Shown here piece by piece: positions 13,534-26,159 of a stretch of DNA of 64,000 bases. The notes beneath the pieces are model-generated. The model saw nothing but the letters and a program-made list of their open reading frames with translations, was not told the DNA's origin and made no database searches. Each line of letters starts with the position of its first letter. Within the stretch, counting starts at the first letter, position 1. Source of the stretch: the human T2T-CHM13v2.0 reference genome, Homo sapiens; NCBI RefSeq assembly GCF_009914755.1, contig NC_060938.1; one strand, written 5' to 3'. A program made the position numbers and the translations under genes.

Positions 13534-16500
13534 CATGAATGAATTTTTTACATCAAACCTTCTCCAACAAACTTGGTTCAGATGTCTGAGACAAGAGTTG
13601 CACAAAGGAGTCTCAGTCTTCAGAAAGTTCATCCTTACCCAGCTTTATGGATGCTCTAGGACACATTTAATTCTTGCATCCATTTAGGAACAGAGATCTT
13701 CTCCCATCCTTAAAAGGGAAACTATAATATTAATTACTGACCTGTGATGAGTCAGCTGTCCATCCTCATTTGGCCCATGCTGTCTACATGAAGTTAGTTT
13801 TCACTGTAGTGCTTGGCCAAGAAAAACCAAGTTTTTCTAAATGAATTCCAAGGATAAATAGCCTAATTCCTGTTCTTTGGCTTCTTCCACTAAAGAATTA
13901 TAGGGACCTGATCTAGGGAAACTGGGGGGAAAAGCCAGGGAATGAGAGCCACTGTCTTGCCAGAAATGCATGTTCTGATGAGGAAAGATAGTTCAGGATA
14001 TCTGCGCCAAATCACACATTGGAAAGAAGCTTTCTGAGATCTGAGGAAACTTCCACCTGCTAAAAAGAGCTAGCAGTCTGCTGGAAAGAAAAAAATTCAT
14101 TCAGGTGTCAGAACTCTTACTCTTCACTTTGTGTGTGACTGTAGACAAGTCAGTTAACCTCTTTGCACCTCAGATTCTCATCTGTACAGTAAAGAGTTCA
14201 CATTAGATTGTCTCTAAGTTTCCTTCAGCACTAACAAGCCGTGGGACATAGGAGAACAAATTTGAAAGATTCCTGAGATACAGGAGTATGGATTCCTGCA
14301 GCTGATTCCTTTATGTGACCCAGTAAGGATAAAATCGAAAAAAGGAACTAAACGAAATACACTCTTGATTAATCAAAGGGGATTGAAAGTCGTGGCTAAC
14401 CTCACACCTACCTTGCATCACCTCCAGCTCACCTCCCTTGAGACACTCCTCCTCTTCTTTAATGCCTCATCATGATTCTCAAAAACTGTGATCACTCAAG
14501 GTTGAAGCTTTTAATCTCCCATGTATAAAAGGATATGCAAATAGAGTTCAGTTTCCTGTTGAGTCTCTGCCAAGGTCTTAGCCTGGCAGTTCTGGGAAAA
14601 GAGCCAAAGACCTCATATTTCTTGGCTGTTAACATTCTCCCATCTGTGCTCAAGTCAGCAGCCTAGGCTTCAGGCTGTGGTTTGTCTTTAGTCTTACACT
14701 TTCCCAAGTTTTCTGAAGGAACCCTTTAGAATGTTCCTGCAAGAAAGTAAGATACAAGTGGCTCCCAAGAAACCAGACAGAGGATTATCTGGTTATATTT
14801 GGAGGCAGTAAGAAAAAGACCAGGAAGTCTATATTCCTATAGTATATAGCCACAGAATCCAATCTTGCAAGCTACTTGAAATGCTGATATTAATTAAGTC
14901 TTAGGCAGGGCTTTCAATAAGTCATCTGTGTCTCCAATATGGGATGTCCCACATCATGCATATGCACAGTGAAAAAAAGCGAGGTCCTTGGGTACAGTAC
15001 AGCATTCAAAAATTAAAGATCTGAAAAACACAAGACATCTCAGTGTGCTTCCGGGCTGGAGGCTCTGCTAAACAACAGAAGCAGAGACCGGACTAATTGT
15101 CCCCCATGTCTCTTTGACTGAACTCACACAAAATAGAATCTACCATTTTTACTCAGTGCGGGGTACCCAGACTCAAGTTTACTGCAATGTTGTTACCAAT
15201 ATTCTAATGGAAAATTATATATTCAGAGCTATGTTAAATTTGACCATTTATTAAACATGAAATTTCTACTTTTTCTGTAAGTGCCTTGTCTTACTTGTAT
15301 TTCCCGGTATTTCCCTTCTAAAGCTAACTCCCCAAAGGGCTTTCCTGTATGTTCTCACTTCCATTACAAAGTCAATGTACAAGTTAATTTTTTTAATTTC
15401 TTTAGAAACCTTTATAAAGAGATTTCCTCCTTCATTTCTCTGTTATCCCAGGCAGCTGTCAGGAGCAAAGAGCTCAAGCCTGCACTGCCTTGGAACAGGA
15501 CATCAGCAAAAGACACTCTCAATCTACTCAGAAGGCTGAGGTGGGAGGATTGCTTGAGCCAGGGGTTCAAGACCAGCCTGGACAACTAAGTGAGGCTCAG
15601 TCTCAAAAAAAAAAAAAAAAGATCTCAATATTATTGTTCCATACCCAGTCATTCACTTGGTGTTTTCTGCAGCATTTATTTATAAATATCTCAGTCTGTT
15701 CTTAATCCTTGAGCCTATATTTTTTAAAATCATACTTTGATATCTACTCAGAGTATTGATTCTCTTCAAATTTCCCACCTCTTAGTTCTCCTCCCACTCT
15801 CTCCCACCCTGAGCCTTACACCTCCAACAATGATCATTCTAAGACCATTTATATCTCAATAGGAAAGTGATGTAAAACGGGTCTCCTTACTCTGTTTTGG
15901 AGGGTTTTTTTGTTGTTGCTGTTGCTTGCTTCTCTGTCCCACCCCAAACTCATGTGTGTCTGAAATTTAGCACCACCTTGCGACGTTTGTGAGCATTTTT
16001 CTCAGAGCAGCATTTTGAGACTGAGCCTGAACTCCACTGATGTTATGACCCTTAAAAGTGTCTGGCTCCAAAAGACTAAGGAGTTCCTGCGTAAATCCAG
16101 GTCCAGCTACTTCATCACTGTGACTTGTTATTGGAAAAGGTTGAGCTATCAACATATTGCTCCTGTAAAGGCTCAGAACTGAATCTTAGATTCTTCAGGA
16201 TATTTGAGTCCTCTGAGGCTCCTGGGTAAAGACTCCAATGTAGCAGTTCTGTGGACTATAAATGGGAGATATCCAGATCATACACCTTCAATGGAAGAAA
16301 AAGCACTGTCACCTTAGACGACTCCAACTCTGTAGTCTACTTTTGTCTTCCTAATATCATACCTCATTCTCCAGTGGGTTTATGGCAAGCCTCATCTACT
16401 CAGAAGTAACCAAGTACAAGCCAACACACTCTTGTGTTAGTGTGGAGGCCCAAAGTGGCATAAGTGAATGTGACTCCAGATGAAAACCTTCCCCTCTCCA

Positions 16501-17975
16501 ACACAAAGATGCCAAAGACTATGTATAAAGCAAGTCTTAAATCACTCTATATTTCCATTTGAATATATTTCCCCAGTTCCTGTGCATTGCTTCTGCATAC
16601 ACAGAATTCAATGATAAAAATTGAGACTGTCTCCTAGATACAGTAATTAACTCAGCTATCAATGCCAATTGACTGTGTAGAGGGGAGACAATTTTGTACC
16701 AAGATTTACTAACCTCTATTTTAATGGAAAAACAATGGAAAAGCTTTCTTCCTACTATGACTCTCTCTGGATAAATTGCTTGCCAGGAAGCGTTAGGATA
16801 ATTCTGCCATGACTCTTTGTCTTCCACACCCAAAGACATTTGGTCTCCATCACATATGGAGGAAGGATCTCCTTGTTCAGCAGTATTTACACCATCACCC
16901 TGACACCCGCAGTCAGATCTAACTATACAGCTTGGCTAATAAACCTGGAGAAGCTCATATTCTAAGAAAAAAGTGGAGAGTGGTGGGACAGATGGGGCCT
17001 GAGTGCTGGGAAACTGCCCGTGCCCACTGCTGACTTGGTCTTCTCACCAGCTGCTTGATCTAACAGATGCATCTTCCTTATGAGGCACCAGAGAACCAGA
17101 ATGTCCACATCCTGTGGTCCCCTGTACCCTTAACACCCCACATTTGAGTTCCTTTCCAATTCAGAAAACAAAACCTGCAGGCTTTGAGCCAATTTACAAC
17201 AGATGTGGGTCACAACAACCAACTACCCAGGAAGCCTCCACCAGAACGCAGCGTGAGAATCAGCTTCTTAGATATTCCCATACGTGTGATCCCATCAATC
17301 ATTTAACAACTGTCAAAGAGAAAGACTAGGAGACTTTCTCCCGAGCATCTCCAGGGATTTAATTCACTATGTTGGAAATTAAGAGATTACTACTAAGCCA
17401 TAAGAAGGCTAAGACAGAGTTAAAAGAATTATTGGAAGGTTGGCATTACAACTTTACGTGTACACTAGGAAAATCTGCAGCTCTACCTGTAGCTTTGACA
17501 TAATGCCTTCCTATACCCTGTCCTTGCCCAACTGTGACTCCCACATCATGGTCATACCCTGGATAGGCCCCTCTCTGCATGTAGAGCAATGTGAATGGGG
17601 ATTCTGCTTATCAGGATATCATCACTAGTCTGTGCCAGGCCTTGCAAGAATGTCCTTGTACTGCAACTATTTGTACCAGATGGTACCCTGGCCACCCCTA
17701 AGTGTGCAGACTTTTTAACTTTTTCCCCCAAGAAAGTGGTCCCTGATGTGCACTGCCTACTGAGTAAGGCTAAGAAAGATAGGAAGGAAGAGGACAAAGT
17801 GCAAGGAGAGAAACATTTTTGCAAGGAGAAAAATAATGATGTGGATGCAGAATATTTATCATGTGAATTCATATTAACCTGACTTCCTCAGAAAATGTCA
17901 CCGTTAGTATTAGAATGTGTATTTCCTTCGGAGCTCTGAAAGAAAATATGAGAATTCAAGGGGTGCTAGTGCAGA

Positions 17976-17977
<2 letters not shown>

Positions 17978-18015
<38 letters not shown>
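17978..18015. repeat. (CA)n microsatellite
   Basis: About 19 uninterrupted CA units. Confidence 0.97.
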
Positions 18016-18017
<2 letters not shown>

Positions 18018-18156
18018 TGCTTCACTGTGGCTGGAATGATGCAGAGTCTTGGCAATAGTTCGGGAAGCTGCTAGCTGTCCGCCCATTGTAAACAGTGAAG
18101 TAGGTCATCTGTGGCTCCCCATCCTCATCTGTCTGGGCCATTTTCTTGGGCCCTCC

Positions 18157-19375
18157 TCCACATCCCATTCCTCATATGTTCTCATTCTATTTCCATCAAA
18201 CCTCAATCTCAAGAAATGACCTGAAATCAATTCGTACTAATGTTTGAGTCATGAAAACAGAGGAAGGCTTTAGCTTCTCTGAGATTGGCAGGGAGGGTCG
18301 CTAGTGAGCATTGTATTTTCATAAAGATAATAGCCATAAGCTAAACACTGCAGCAACCACAGCAGAATTTTCCAAGCCTGAGGAACACTGCCCAAAATGA
18401 AAGACAGAGGTTTGTTCTCTCTTTGTTTGGAGGTTCAGTGTGGATCATACACAGAGAGTCTGGAGCCTCCCACAGTGGACACTTCTTTTCCTCTGTCCAG
18501 GGAGAAGTCCAGCTGGAGCAGACAACCAGAGAGAACATTAGCCTGACCATGGGGAAAGGCATTGCAGCAGAATTAGGCCCAATAGAGGAAAAAAGATGCC
18601 TGGAAAGAAATTTCATTTCAATAGCAGGAATAGCTTTGTAAGAGCTGATAGCCATTCAACAGTGAAACAAGCATCCTTGTCAGTGGATGAGTTCGGTGGA
18701 TGACTACACTGGGAAGGTTGTCTACATTGGTTGGGAGCTAAACTCAGTGAGCTCTTTCCCTCCTAGAATTCATTATATACTGTATGTATATGATTATATA
18801 TACTCTGTGTATGTAATCGTGTATTACATATACTCCATATATGTATATTACATATACATATATTACATATACTCTGTATATGTAATCATACTCCATATAC
18901 ACATTTGTATCCATTACATATTCAATTTTCCATGCTATTGGATATTTTTCCTATTCAATAATTTTAATAAGCTATGTTAATATTGTATCTAGAGCTACAT
19001 TATAGTTTACTCAATCAGTTCTCTTCATGGTTGAGCATTTAGGCAACTTCTAAATTTTTCCTACTATGAAAATTATTATGATGAACACACCTGTACTTAC
19101 AACTTTTTCATTATTTAAAGTCATCATATATGTATATGATGATTTGGATCCACTTCCACATCCCATTCCTTATATGCCCTCATTCTATTTCCATCACAAC
19201 TCAATCTCAAGAATATTTCAGTATGTGACCTGAAATCAATGCATTCTAAAGTTTAAGTAATGAAAACGGAGGAAGACTTTAGCTTTTCTGAGGTTGGCAG
19301 GGAGGGTCACAGGTGAGCATTGTATTTTAATAGCAATAATAGCCATAAGCTAAACACTGCAGCAACCACAGCAGA
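18157..19375 (+). repeat. Local direct duplication: copy 1 at 18157-18366, copy 2 at 19155-19375
   Basis: Colinear near-identical ~210-220 bp blocks, last 40 bp identical. Confidence 0.92.
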
Positions 19376-20292
19376 TATACAAATGGTATATATACAAATA
19401 TACAATTATATTTGTATAAATATATATAAACATATAATAAAGTAAGCTCCTATTTTCTTAATTAGAAGATTCAAAGTTAAGAATTTTGTCCAACTTGAAT
19501 ATATGAAACTTTAGGGTTATAGAGAAATTAGCCAATTCTACTTTAGATGTTTTAATGTATTAATACAGTTAAACACACATATTTTAAAATTACATATTAT
19601 ATAAAATAATATATCAATTTTGAATACTGCTATTTCCTTTTAATAATTCATAAAATAACTTTAAATTCTTCACAGGCATTTCAAATCAATGTATTTGTTG
19701 CCACTAGAGCCACTTTTTTATCCTCAAATATTTTTCCAGAGTATATGAAACTCACTTTGCTAAATTGAAAATTAAGAGGCACATTAGATTTAGAAACATA
19801 ATTTTAAATTGTTTCAATGATGGCACATTATTAATACCTACTTTGAGACACAATACATACTCACATAATATTAGAATCATTGTTTTGCCATTTATCCTGT
19901 AAGTGAATATTCATGATCTCCACAACAAAACATTTACTTTGATAGATTTGTTTAAACAATATCAAACACTTGCAGTCTTGAAGGCACTGGAAGACCCAAA
20001 AAATAGTTACTACGTTTCTGTTAAACTACTTAGTCATCTTTTTAACTAATTCTATCAGCTGACTGCCATAAGCATCCATGAGCTAGCATTGATTGAGATC
20101 ATTCCAATGTGTCCTCACTAAACTGTACTTAACTGTTCAAAGCCAAATAATTAAGTGAAAGTATGGTAATACTGTTTTTCATAATTATTGTAAGGAATCA
20201 AATATAAGGGATTTCTTCTTCTCTGAGGATCATGAACCTTACTCCATGTTCAAATAGATATAGTATTTTTTCACAGTAAATTCCCCAAAGTG

Positions 20293-20300
20293 GAAATAGT
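20293..20300 (+). CDS. TRDD1: TRDD1 diversity segment GAAATAGT
   Basis: Flanked by degenerate RSSs. 5' side: ATTTTTTCA-12-CAAAGTG (20265-20292). 3' side: CACTCAA with a weak nonamer (20301-20339). Sequence recognised as TRDD1. Confidence 0.88.
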
Positions 20301-20752
20301 CACTCAAACGAATACTTTTACTCTTTTGACATTAACCAAATGGCTTCCAATAAAAATCAAACAGTTTATATTTTTACCAACATCTTGCCCACATTGGGAG
20401 TGTCAACATTTTGAGCAAAAGCTTTAATTAAATATCCATCCAAAAAATGGTTTGTTAATACTTTACAGTTTTATTACTAGAGGGTTAAAATCCTTTTTCA
20501 AGTCTGATAATCAATGATTAACTTTCTTCATTTGTCCTTCACCCATTTGTTTTTTAGGTTGATGGTGTTTTACTTATTGATTTGTGTAATTATAATAATT
20601 TTGTGTCTGAGTTTTACAGCATTTAACCACAAAAACAGCATTGGTGAAAGGAGTTTCAGGGGTATTGTGGATGGCAGCGGGTGGTGATGGCAAAGTGCCA
20701 AGGAAAGGGAAAAAGGAAGAAGAGGGTTTTTATACTGATGTGTTTCATTGTG

Positions 20753-20761
20753 CCTTCCTAC
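20753..20761 (+). CDS. TRDD2: TRDD2 diversity segment CCTTCCTAC
   Basis: 5' 12-RSS GGTTTTTAT-12-CATTGTG (20725-20752). 3' 23-RSS CACACAG-23-CCAAAAACA (20762-20800). Confidence 0.97.
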
Positions 20762-20765
20762 CACA
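20760..20765 (-). promoter_or_regulatory. RUNX site (TGTGGT) spanning the TRDD2 coding end and 23-RSS heptamer
   Basis: ACCACA at 20760-20765. RUNX1-dependent RAG1 loading on this RSS is established for ordered human D-delta2 to D-delta3 joining. Confidence 0.85.
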
Positions 20766-23366
20766 CAGGTTGGAGTGCATTAAGCCTTTGTCCAAAAACA
20801 CCCAGCCGTGACCCGCTATGTATGTCTCAGCATTGGGAAGAGTCCTCTGAGTGTCATGGGAAAATAATATATGAGTTTTATTGCCCCTGTGTCCCAATTA
20901 TTTTCTGTTTACTCCATGTTGGTCTACAGCAATAGCTTCAGAACATAAACAAATATCACCAAAAACATCAGTGATGAACAATTCCAACCACACATTTCAA
21001 TGTTTACTAAATATACCCGTGGCACTGTAAAAAAGAATATAATGGAAGAGTAAAGGAATTGGGACTGATCGTGACTGAGAACCTGTATAGTAGGCTACAC
21101 ACTAGCTATATGATGAACCAAGAAGTTGAACCCAAATCTAACTAACTTACATAATCCCTTCCTTTAAAGAACTTAATGTCCAGTGCAAAGCAAGTGTTCA
21201 AAAAAGTGTTTGTTGTGAATTGAATTCATTTCATTGGAATACAGCATGCTTGCAAAGTCCCAACTTTTTAAAATAATGTGTTTCTAAAGACCACTGGTCT
21301 TTAGAAAGACCAATGACCAAAGACCTTAGACCATTGGTCTAAGGACCATCTGGAAGCAGATCCCCAAGGTGAAATTCTGACGTTGAATTCCCAAATCTAA
21401 CAGGTCATGTGCCTTGTTCTGATGAGAAAACTGTCGAATAAGGGAGTAGCAGTGGCATGAAGGTTGTTAGTAGGTAGCATAGGCCAAATGGCCCAGTGAT
21501 GTGATGAAAAGTGCACTCCTCCAAATAAGACCCTAGTTACTAGAAAGTCACAAGTAGGTAAACAGATGCCGGGAGGGACAGTTTTTGTTGGATAAAGTCA
21601 GCAGAGAAAGGCTTTTGGAGGAGATGAATCCTGAGCTGGTGTCTACAGATAGTGACAGACTTAGTGCGACTAGGAATATTATGGAGAATAAAAGAATCTC
21701 CCTCTCTAACTAATGCCACCAAGCAGTCCCTTCACCCCAGAGCAAAGGCATAACCTATCTTCACCCAAGTGAACTATGTATTCTTGAAATATATCTCCTT
21801 GGAACTAAACCATTTTTCTGTTCACTTCAAATCAACCAGTGTTAATATCATAGATCTGACAGCTTAGAAGGCCTGTGTTCTCCTTCACTCTTCTCTTGAC
21901 CCTATGTGAGTTTGATTCAAGAGCATGGGGATTAGTCCCTTCTCTTGAATTACAATCACCAATCAGCACACCACATCCAGTTGCTCTTTTTAAGTCTAGG
22001 AGAGCAAAAACAATGCACAGGTGAAGGAAACTATGCCTAGGCCTCATCCCTAGGTTGTACAAAGTAACTGAATTTATGGCTTCAAGGACAGAATAAATCA
22101 AATAAAATCAAAGAAGCCCATTTTCAGGGAATAGAAACAATTCACAGAAATAACACCTTGAATGAAATTCTCATTTTTAGTGCAGAAATGGAACATAACA
22201 TTCTTAGATTACTTGCTTTCTAAAAGTGAATATTCTTTAGGTATTACTTTTTCAACATTGATGAGTTTACAACATTTCTTTTTGCATAGCAGACAAAACT
22301 GTGTAGGCATTCACAGTTACAGAAAGAAAAAATATGACTAGCTTCCTGCTTCACACAAAGAAATCATGCAAAAAAAAAATTTCAAGCCAAAAGAAAAAAA
22401 AAGTTTTAAAACATTTTAAAGTCTCATATTACTTGCTGGCTGTAATGGGAATGTGTAACTTTGTGAAGATGTCTGTAGCCATCTTATTCTAATGATCACT
22501 TATCTTTATCAAGCCATTATGTCCATCTTGACATGATGCAATACACAGGGCATAACATTACCTACACAGTATTTCTGACATAAATAAATAAACTAAAACT
22601 AATCAAACTTTTAGTTCTAACAGGAGACAGGAAGCTAGAAAAGCAAATTAAAGGATTCTACAAAGAAACATCTAGACAAATCCAGCAGGTGAGACATTCC
22701 ACTGGACAACAGGTTCAGTCCCACCAATAATCAATGTCATGAAAAGGCAGGAAAAAAGTGCAGTAGAGGGGAAGCAGTGGAAGGAGAACTATTAAAGATT
22801 AAAGAGATTTTAAAGATTTAACAACAATGAAATGCACAGTCTTTGAATGGATCCTTGTTTTAAAAAAAAAAAAAATCTGTAACAGAGGCCAGGCATGGTG
22901 GCTCACTCCTGTAATCCCAGCACTTTGGGAGGCAGAGACTGGAGGACCACTTGAGCCCAGGAGTTTAAGACCCTGTGTCTGAAAAAAAAAAAAAAAGAAA
23001 GAAAGAAAGAAAAAGGAAAAAATAATCTATAAAAGACATTTGGAGCATTTGGAGGAAAACTAGGAAAACTTGACTATGGGTTGGCTATTAAGTTATTTTC
23101 GGGAATTTCTGTTAACTTTGTTAGGTGGAAAATGGTATTGTGGTTGAGTAGAAAAATATCCTTTTTTGTAATATATACTGAAGTGAATTGTCATTTTATC
23201 TGTATTTTTTTTAAATACTCGAGCAAAACAAATAGAAAATGTGACAAATGTTAACAACTGTTAAATCTAAGTGATCATTCTATAGATACTTATTTTATTA
23301 ATCTCTTCTTTTTGGATTGTTTCAAAAATTTTATAATAAAATCCTTTTTTAAAGTCTTCATTTTGT

Positions 23367-23665
23367 GGGTGGGCATGGTGGTTCACTCCTGTAATCCCAG
23401 CACTTTGGGGAGCCAGGGCAGGTGATTGCTTGAGCCCAAGAGTTCTAAACCAGCCTGGGCAACATAGCAAAACTCTGTCTCTACAAAAGAATACGAAAAT
23501 GTCACCAGGCGAAGTGGTGCATGCCTGCAGTCCCAGCTACTAGAGAGGCTGAGGTGGGAGGATCACTTGAACCTGGGAGATCAAGGCTCCCAGTGAGCCA
23601 TGAGCATGCCTCTGCACTCCAGCCTGGATAATGGAGTGAGAACCTGTCTCAAAAAAATAAATAAT
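23367..23665 (+). mobile_element. Alu (AluJ-like) with TSD AAAGT(C/T)TTCATTTT
   Basis: Dimeric Alu. TSD copies at 23351-23364 and 23666-23679. Confidence 0.88.
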
Positions 23666-25107
23666 AAAGTTTTCATTTTTAAATGGCCAACAAGTCTACA
23701 GCAAATTTAAACAATGAAAATATGAGATACAATATCTTCCTTAAAAATTAGCATATTTTCTTAAGGAATACTGCTCTGCTCGAAGAATTCCCTAGTTCTG
23801 TAAGCGTTCGAACAAATTAAAATCTTGTGTTTATATAACATATTTCTAAGACAACAATGAATTCTGTCACTAACTATATGAGTAAAATGAACAAGAAAAC
23901 CACTAATAATGATGGTGCACATTTTAGATTCCTTTTATTCTTTTTCAAGACACAGACATAACTGAGATATCTTAAAATCACTGACTTTCAAGATTTGAGA
24001 TAATGATAATAACTCAAGATCAAGTCTTCCCCTTGTGTTAGAAGTGGGGGTGGGACAGTTCCAGACTTCCACAGTTGTACCAATGAACCCCAATCAGATG
24101 ATTTTCAAGTTACTTCTCCTTCAGGTGGGTGGGCATCAGAGAGAAGCTAAGAGAAGGTTTTGACAAAATCCAAAGTGTGTCCAGACCCCTCAAATAAGGT
24201 AACCTGACCAAGTTTAATACATTCTTAGGGCCTAATATGGATCTCAGTTAAAAATCCTGGTCTCTTTTAATTCTTGTCCAGTTGCTAAGTGTATTATTTG
24301 ACCCATTAACTCTGCAAGTCATGTTGGTCCATTCTTCTTCTTTACGGTTTTGCAAAATACATCAGGTTACAGTTTCAAGTATCTGTCACTTAAACAAGTA
24401 AGCATTTATTATTTTTAATGGGAGGGCTAACATATTGCCACAGAAATATAGTATGGGTACTGAAGAAAATATACACAGACTCTCAGGTCATCACTGAGCC
24501 TTCCCACCATCATCATAGATCCAGCATCTGACTTCCAGAGTACCACCAAGAAGAAATCAGAGGCAGATGACATACATATCCATGGTCCTTGACTCTAGAG
24601 AGTCCAGCCAAAATGTGTGGGTCCATTTAATCATTTCTACAGAAATGGGAGGCTATTGCTCCAAATGACTTCTAACCACTCACTCATCCATCACTCAAAG
24701 CATATGATACAATTGATTTACCAGTCATTAGTAGGCAGGTAGAGAGTGGTGAAGCAGTGGAGAGAGCTTGGTATTTACAGCTGCTATTGCAACTTTGGTA
24801 GCACAAACAACATGGAATTAGGACAGGGATTTTCAAAGTATTGCCCACGGACTTCTGAGCACCTCAAGATCTTTTCAGGGAGTCCATGAGGTCAGAATTT
24901 TTTTCATAATAACAGCAAAACATTACTTGCCTTTTTCGTTGTGTTGATATTTACACTGATGGTGGAAAAACAATGATGGATAAAACTGCTGGTGCCTTAG
25001 CATGAATCAAGGCGGGGGCATCAAATCTGTATTAATAATCATGATATTCTTCACTGCCACATATTTTCAGGGGAAAAAAGTTAGTTTCACTTAAAAATGA
25101 TACTGAC

Positions 25108-25527
25108 TGTATTACCTTGCTAGGGCTGCCATAACAAAATACCACAGACTAGGCAACTTAAACAACAGAAATTTATTTTCTCATAGTTCTACAGGATAGA
25201 AGTCCAAGATCAAAGGGCTGGCAGAGTTGGTTTCTTCTAAGGACCCCTCCTCCATCTCCAGGCAGACAGCAGGCTTGCCGCTGTGCCCTCCAGAAAGGAT
25301 GGTCTTTCCTCTTTGTGTGGGGAACACTGGTGTCTCTTCTCACAGTGTGTCCAAATTTCCTCCTCTTATAAGGACATCAGTCAGATTGAATTAGGGCCAA
25401 CTTTAATGACCTCATTTTAACTTAATAACTTCTCAAAAGGCCCTTTCTGCAAATATAGTCACATTCTGAGGTTATGGGATTTAGGGTTTCAACATGAATT
25501 TGGTGGAAAACAATTCAACCCATAATA
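25108..25527 (-). mobile_element. MaLR solo LTR (MLT1 family) with 5-bp TSD CTGAC
   Basis: TGTATTACCTTGCTAGGGCTGCCATAACAAAATACCACAGACT...AATTCAACCCATAATA. CTGAC at 25103-25107 and 25528-25532. Confidence 0.8.
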
Positions 25528-25867
25528 CTGACAAAGCAATAACAATTATTAATTTTATTAAATCTCAACTTTCGAGTACATGTCTTTTTAGTATTCTATG
25601 TGACAAAATGATAAGTACACATAAAGCACTTCTGTTACATTCCAAATTATGATTGTTATCTAAGAGGAAACACTTGTGTGGTTGTTTGAGTTGCAAGCTG
25701 AACTAGCTACTTTTTCCATGAAACACACATTTTTGCTTGAAAGAACAATTGACAGGCAACTATGGTTATTCAGACTTGTAGATTTGCCAGGCATTTTCTT
25801 AAAAACAAATGAACAGAGCCTGTCATATTAAAATAAACAACTTATAGTTGTTGCTAATTATAAAATC

Positions 25868-26159
<292 letters not shown>

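Noticed and set aside
18770-18930. Tyr/Ile-rich ORF 18687-18980 and a possible repeat array
   Set aside because: Degenerate TA-rich low-complexity minisatellite with no spacer structure. Not CRISPR-like, and the DNA is human.
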